Part shown: positions 61,027 to 64,000 of the stretch, one piece after another
Layout: each line of letters starts with the position of its first letter
Position numbering within the stretch: position 1 is the stretch's first letter
DNA from: Takakia lepidozioides
Taxonomy: Eukaryota > Plantae > Bryophyta
Assembly (NCBI GenBank): GCA_030704615.1
Contig: CM060733.1
Span: 66,712,001-66,776,000, forward strand
Reading direction: 5' to 3'
DNA length: 64,000 nucleotides
The notes under the pieces: generated by a model
Database searches by the model: none
What the model was told of the DNA's origin: nothing
Seen by the model: only the letters and a program-made list of their open reading frames with translations
Made by a program: the position numbers and the translations under genes

Positions 61027-62479
61027 GCTTTGTGGTTGTGACATGTAGGGTTGATTGAAACTTGTTGGTTTTCGGGTCCATCCACAGTGTGGTCACCTGT
61101 AGAAGATGGGGGAGAATAGCGTCTTAGTTGGGTATGGTCTCCGTGCAGTTTCTTACTGGGTTACTGGGTTTTGAAGGGCTGAGGGCACAAACTACGACCT
61201 AAGGATATCTCTGTGCTGAAGTGTGAAACCTGCAATTTCGAGCTAGGCACTATTTGGAGCTTGCTTTTAGGTTTCTTGTGGGTTTTGCGACCTATCTCTC
61301 TTCGATTCATTACTATTTTCTTGAACCTGTACTTCTATGAGTTGATGAGTTGATTCCTGAACAGATGAAATGGAATGGAAGGTGCATGGTTGCAATGAAT
61401 ATGCTGGGTGTAGCCTGAGAGAAATATCGCACGTACTAAATGAAAATATGGCTACAGACAGAGAAAGAGACAGAGAGAGGTTGTGCGATTTCTCTCCATC
61501 CAGGTTTTCTTTGGTCAATGTTGCACACCTGATTGGTAGTTATGGTTGAAAATTTTCTTGGGAAGATACGAAAGACCGAAATGAGGATCAAAATGAGGAT
61601 CATACTTACCAGCAATTTCCGATATGTTGCAACGAGCTCACGATGATAGTGGCTCGCCCACGACTCGTCCTTAGCCTCCTCTCTTTCTGCATGCAAACCT
61701 GGTGTGGGGTCCTATTGCCACCAACAGAAATTAAAGTTCAATTTATTTGTGATCATCGGTGTGACTTGATGGGTTACCAGCAGTGGAGCATCGCTCAATA
61801 TTGCCGAAAGAGAACCTGCGGCGGCAGAACAACACTAAAATATTTCTTGCCTATGCAGTCATCATTGTCCCATTTGTGGCTGAGGGAACAGCTTCGAGTG
61901 ACTCTTACAAAACGGTGGGTATCATCTGCGAGAGCTCGTGATGATCTTGCACCTGAGTGAGAAGTCTGTGGCGTCATCTGTGATTCACTCTCATTTTTCC
62001 ACGATTACCGCCACGGGAGTGAGCTTTCTGATCGCAGTATTTCGCAGGCCTCCTCCTTGTCCGAGGGTGTTGTACATCCTAGTGTAAGCGTACAAGGCAA
62101 GTTAAAGCAAATTGATGAGTGCATTTTTGCAGAGTGCAAGAGACCCAACTCGTACGTCTCTTTCGTCATAAAGATGCTGGTGGTCCGGCTCCACAGATGC
62201 GGTGTGTCAACAGGACATGGCGGATGACGTCCTCATACGTAGTGTACACATCTTGACATCTTGGTCGCAAGGCTAAAACTAAAATCAGATCCGGGTAGCT
62301 GCCAGCGTTTTATGTACTATAGAAGATTGTTCCATGCATGCCCGCCCTGGGCGCCCTCATGGGAGGGCGCGCCTGGCATAATCTGCCCTAGGTGGCCCAC
62401 GCCCTCCCTAATGTAAAAACTAAAAACCTATAGGATTTTTCCCTTTGTATTTGCAGGGACCTTATCTGACAGAATAGCT

Positions 62480-63478
62480 TCTCATTGTTGAATAGCTTCT
62501 CATTGTTGAATAATTGGGAGTTTAAGGCTCACCTGTGCGCCAGGCAGCGGGCCCCACGCATGGACCCTTGCTGCGGGAGACCCCGCAGCTGCGCGTCAGG
62601 CGGGGTCTGCTGGCCCCTGACCCTGAGGGTTTGCTCAGGTAGAATCCACCCTCCTCCTACACATCTGGGCACATTGAACGTTATATGCCCTAGTTACAGG
62701 GCGACTATAATTTTTGCAGGGATGGTGGTTGGAACACGGTTGGGACGGTACTACGAGACATGGCAGAGATAGCCTGGGGCAGGCCCGCCGCTAGATCACA
62801 ATCTGGGCGCGTTGACCGAGGACATCATATCGCATTAACTTCCAAATAACTCACAAGTTTAATGTAGCGTGGTTGGTGGGGTCCAGTATAATTGGAAAAA
62901 GTGTCGGGCAGGAGGCAGGATTAAGGCGGGGCTGGCAGCAAATCTGCCGGGCTGAGCCAACCATGGAGCACTTTTTTGGACCCCGCGCCGGTAGATTGCC
63001 GTTTTGGGGCAAGTACCGTGGCACCATAGAGATGCTCTAAACAATAAAAAAAACAGGTGGGGTAGTAGCAAACAGCGGTTAGTGTGGTGGTTGGGCGCTT
63101 CGGATGGTGTCCATGAGGTTGCGGGTTCAAATTTGGCTGGCGCTGTGGTGCATTTAATGATCTACAGTGCATTAATGATGATCTATTTTACGGACGAGTT
63201 TCCCCGGAAAAGTTTCTAAGTCCCGAGAAGGCGGGGCGGTCTGCGGCGGGTTTGCGGCGGTAGCCCTTACCGAGAAGATCCGGACCCGCCATTGGACGCC
63301 AGCAGACCCCGACCCGCCAGTAGACCCAGCAGACCCGGACCCTCGAGCAGACGCGAGCAGACCCACCGGGTGGTCTGGGGCAAAGTCGGGGGCGACCCGA
63401 TGTTCGTGCGTCCGTGCGCTGCCTGGCCCACACGTGAGCCTTAAACTCCCAATTATTCAAAAATGAGAGGCAGAATAT
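62480..63478. repeat. Inverted-repeat-bounded ~1-kb element with GC-rich subterminal repeats (probable non-autonomous DNA transposon)
   Basis: TTGAATAATTGGGAGTTTAAGGCTCAC.TGTG.GCCAGGCAGCG at ~62506-62550 and its reverse complement at ~63417-63460. CAGCAGACCC/GGGTCTGCTG repeats lie inside. Confidence 0.65.
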
Positions 63479-64000
63479 CACGTCAACAGCTGGCAGGGGG
63501 TGGTCCCAATATATGGATGTGGCTTGATTTTATTGCAAGCGTGTGAGCTGACGGGTACGGCCTGCGAGGTACAGCCGGGGAACCCCGCTCCGGCAGCCTC
63601 GTCGGCGAGCTGGATGCCCCATGTCAAATCATCCCACACACCCCCCCCCCCCCGACCCCTCTGCCCGTTGCCCCCCTGACCCCCGCCCCACCGCTGGCCA
63701 CACGGCGCCCCACAGCACCGCCCGATCTCCAGCCACGTGGCGGCCCCCTGCTGTGGATCCCCTCACTGGGTTGATCCCCCTTCTAGTGCCGAAGTGATCC
63801 CCCACCCCCATCTCCAGCCACGTGGCGCTACCCCGAACCGTCGATCCCCTCCCCATCCATCCAACCTCAATTAAATGGATGACGGCCGGATGAAGGCCCC
63901 ATGACGCGCCCATCGCCACGTGGTGCTCCCGCCGCCGTCGATCCCCTCCTCCCATCCACGGCGCGCTCCCCCGAGACGTCGCTGCTCCCCCCGACGCGCC

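Noticed and set aside
60429-61085. ORFs overlapping or antisense to RPL36
   Set aside because: Shadow frames of a GC-rich coding sequence.

Overview
Eukaryotic nuclear DNA from a land plant. A non-seed plant, probably a moss or other bryophyte, is inferred from the PLS-DYW PPR style and the repeat families. The window is a transposon-dense, largely pseudogenised region. In order: a ~258-bp satellite (1-2.6 kb); two diverged, decayed hAT-type (DUF659 + hATC) elements that share a second gene encoding an NLS + RING-H2 + SIM-like protein and phased palindrome arrays (2.7-18.3 kb; the second copy is shattered and scrambled); an ABCG transporter 3' pseudogene; a truncated Ty3 LTR; a P-loop-protein pseudogene; a non-autonomous CACTA; a LINE remnant interrupted by a PHD-integrase Ty3 fragment with a head-to-tail LTR junction; Helitron-like repeats; a very young full-length chromodomain Ty3/gypsy element (34491-41458) nested antisense in the LTR of an older family member; a gag remnant; a MITE; a CACTA transposase remnant; a 5.5-kb MULE-like element with long TIRs; PPR-DYW pseudogenes; and one intact intronless RPL36 ORF. 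The best candidate for an undescribed system is the two-gene hAT + RING/SIM (STUbL-like) element with family-specific ~51-bp-period palindrome arrays. All homology calls are by eye from recalled motifs; no searches were run.
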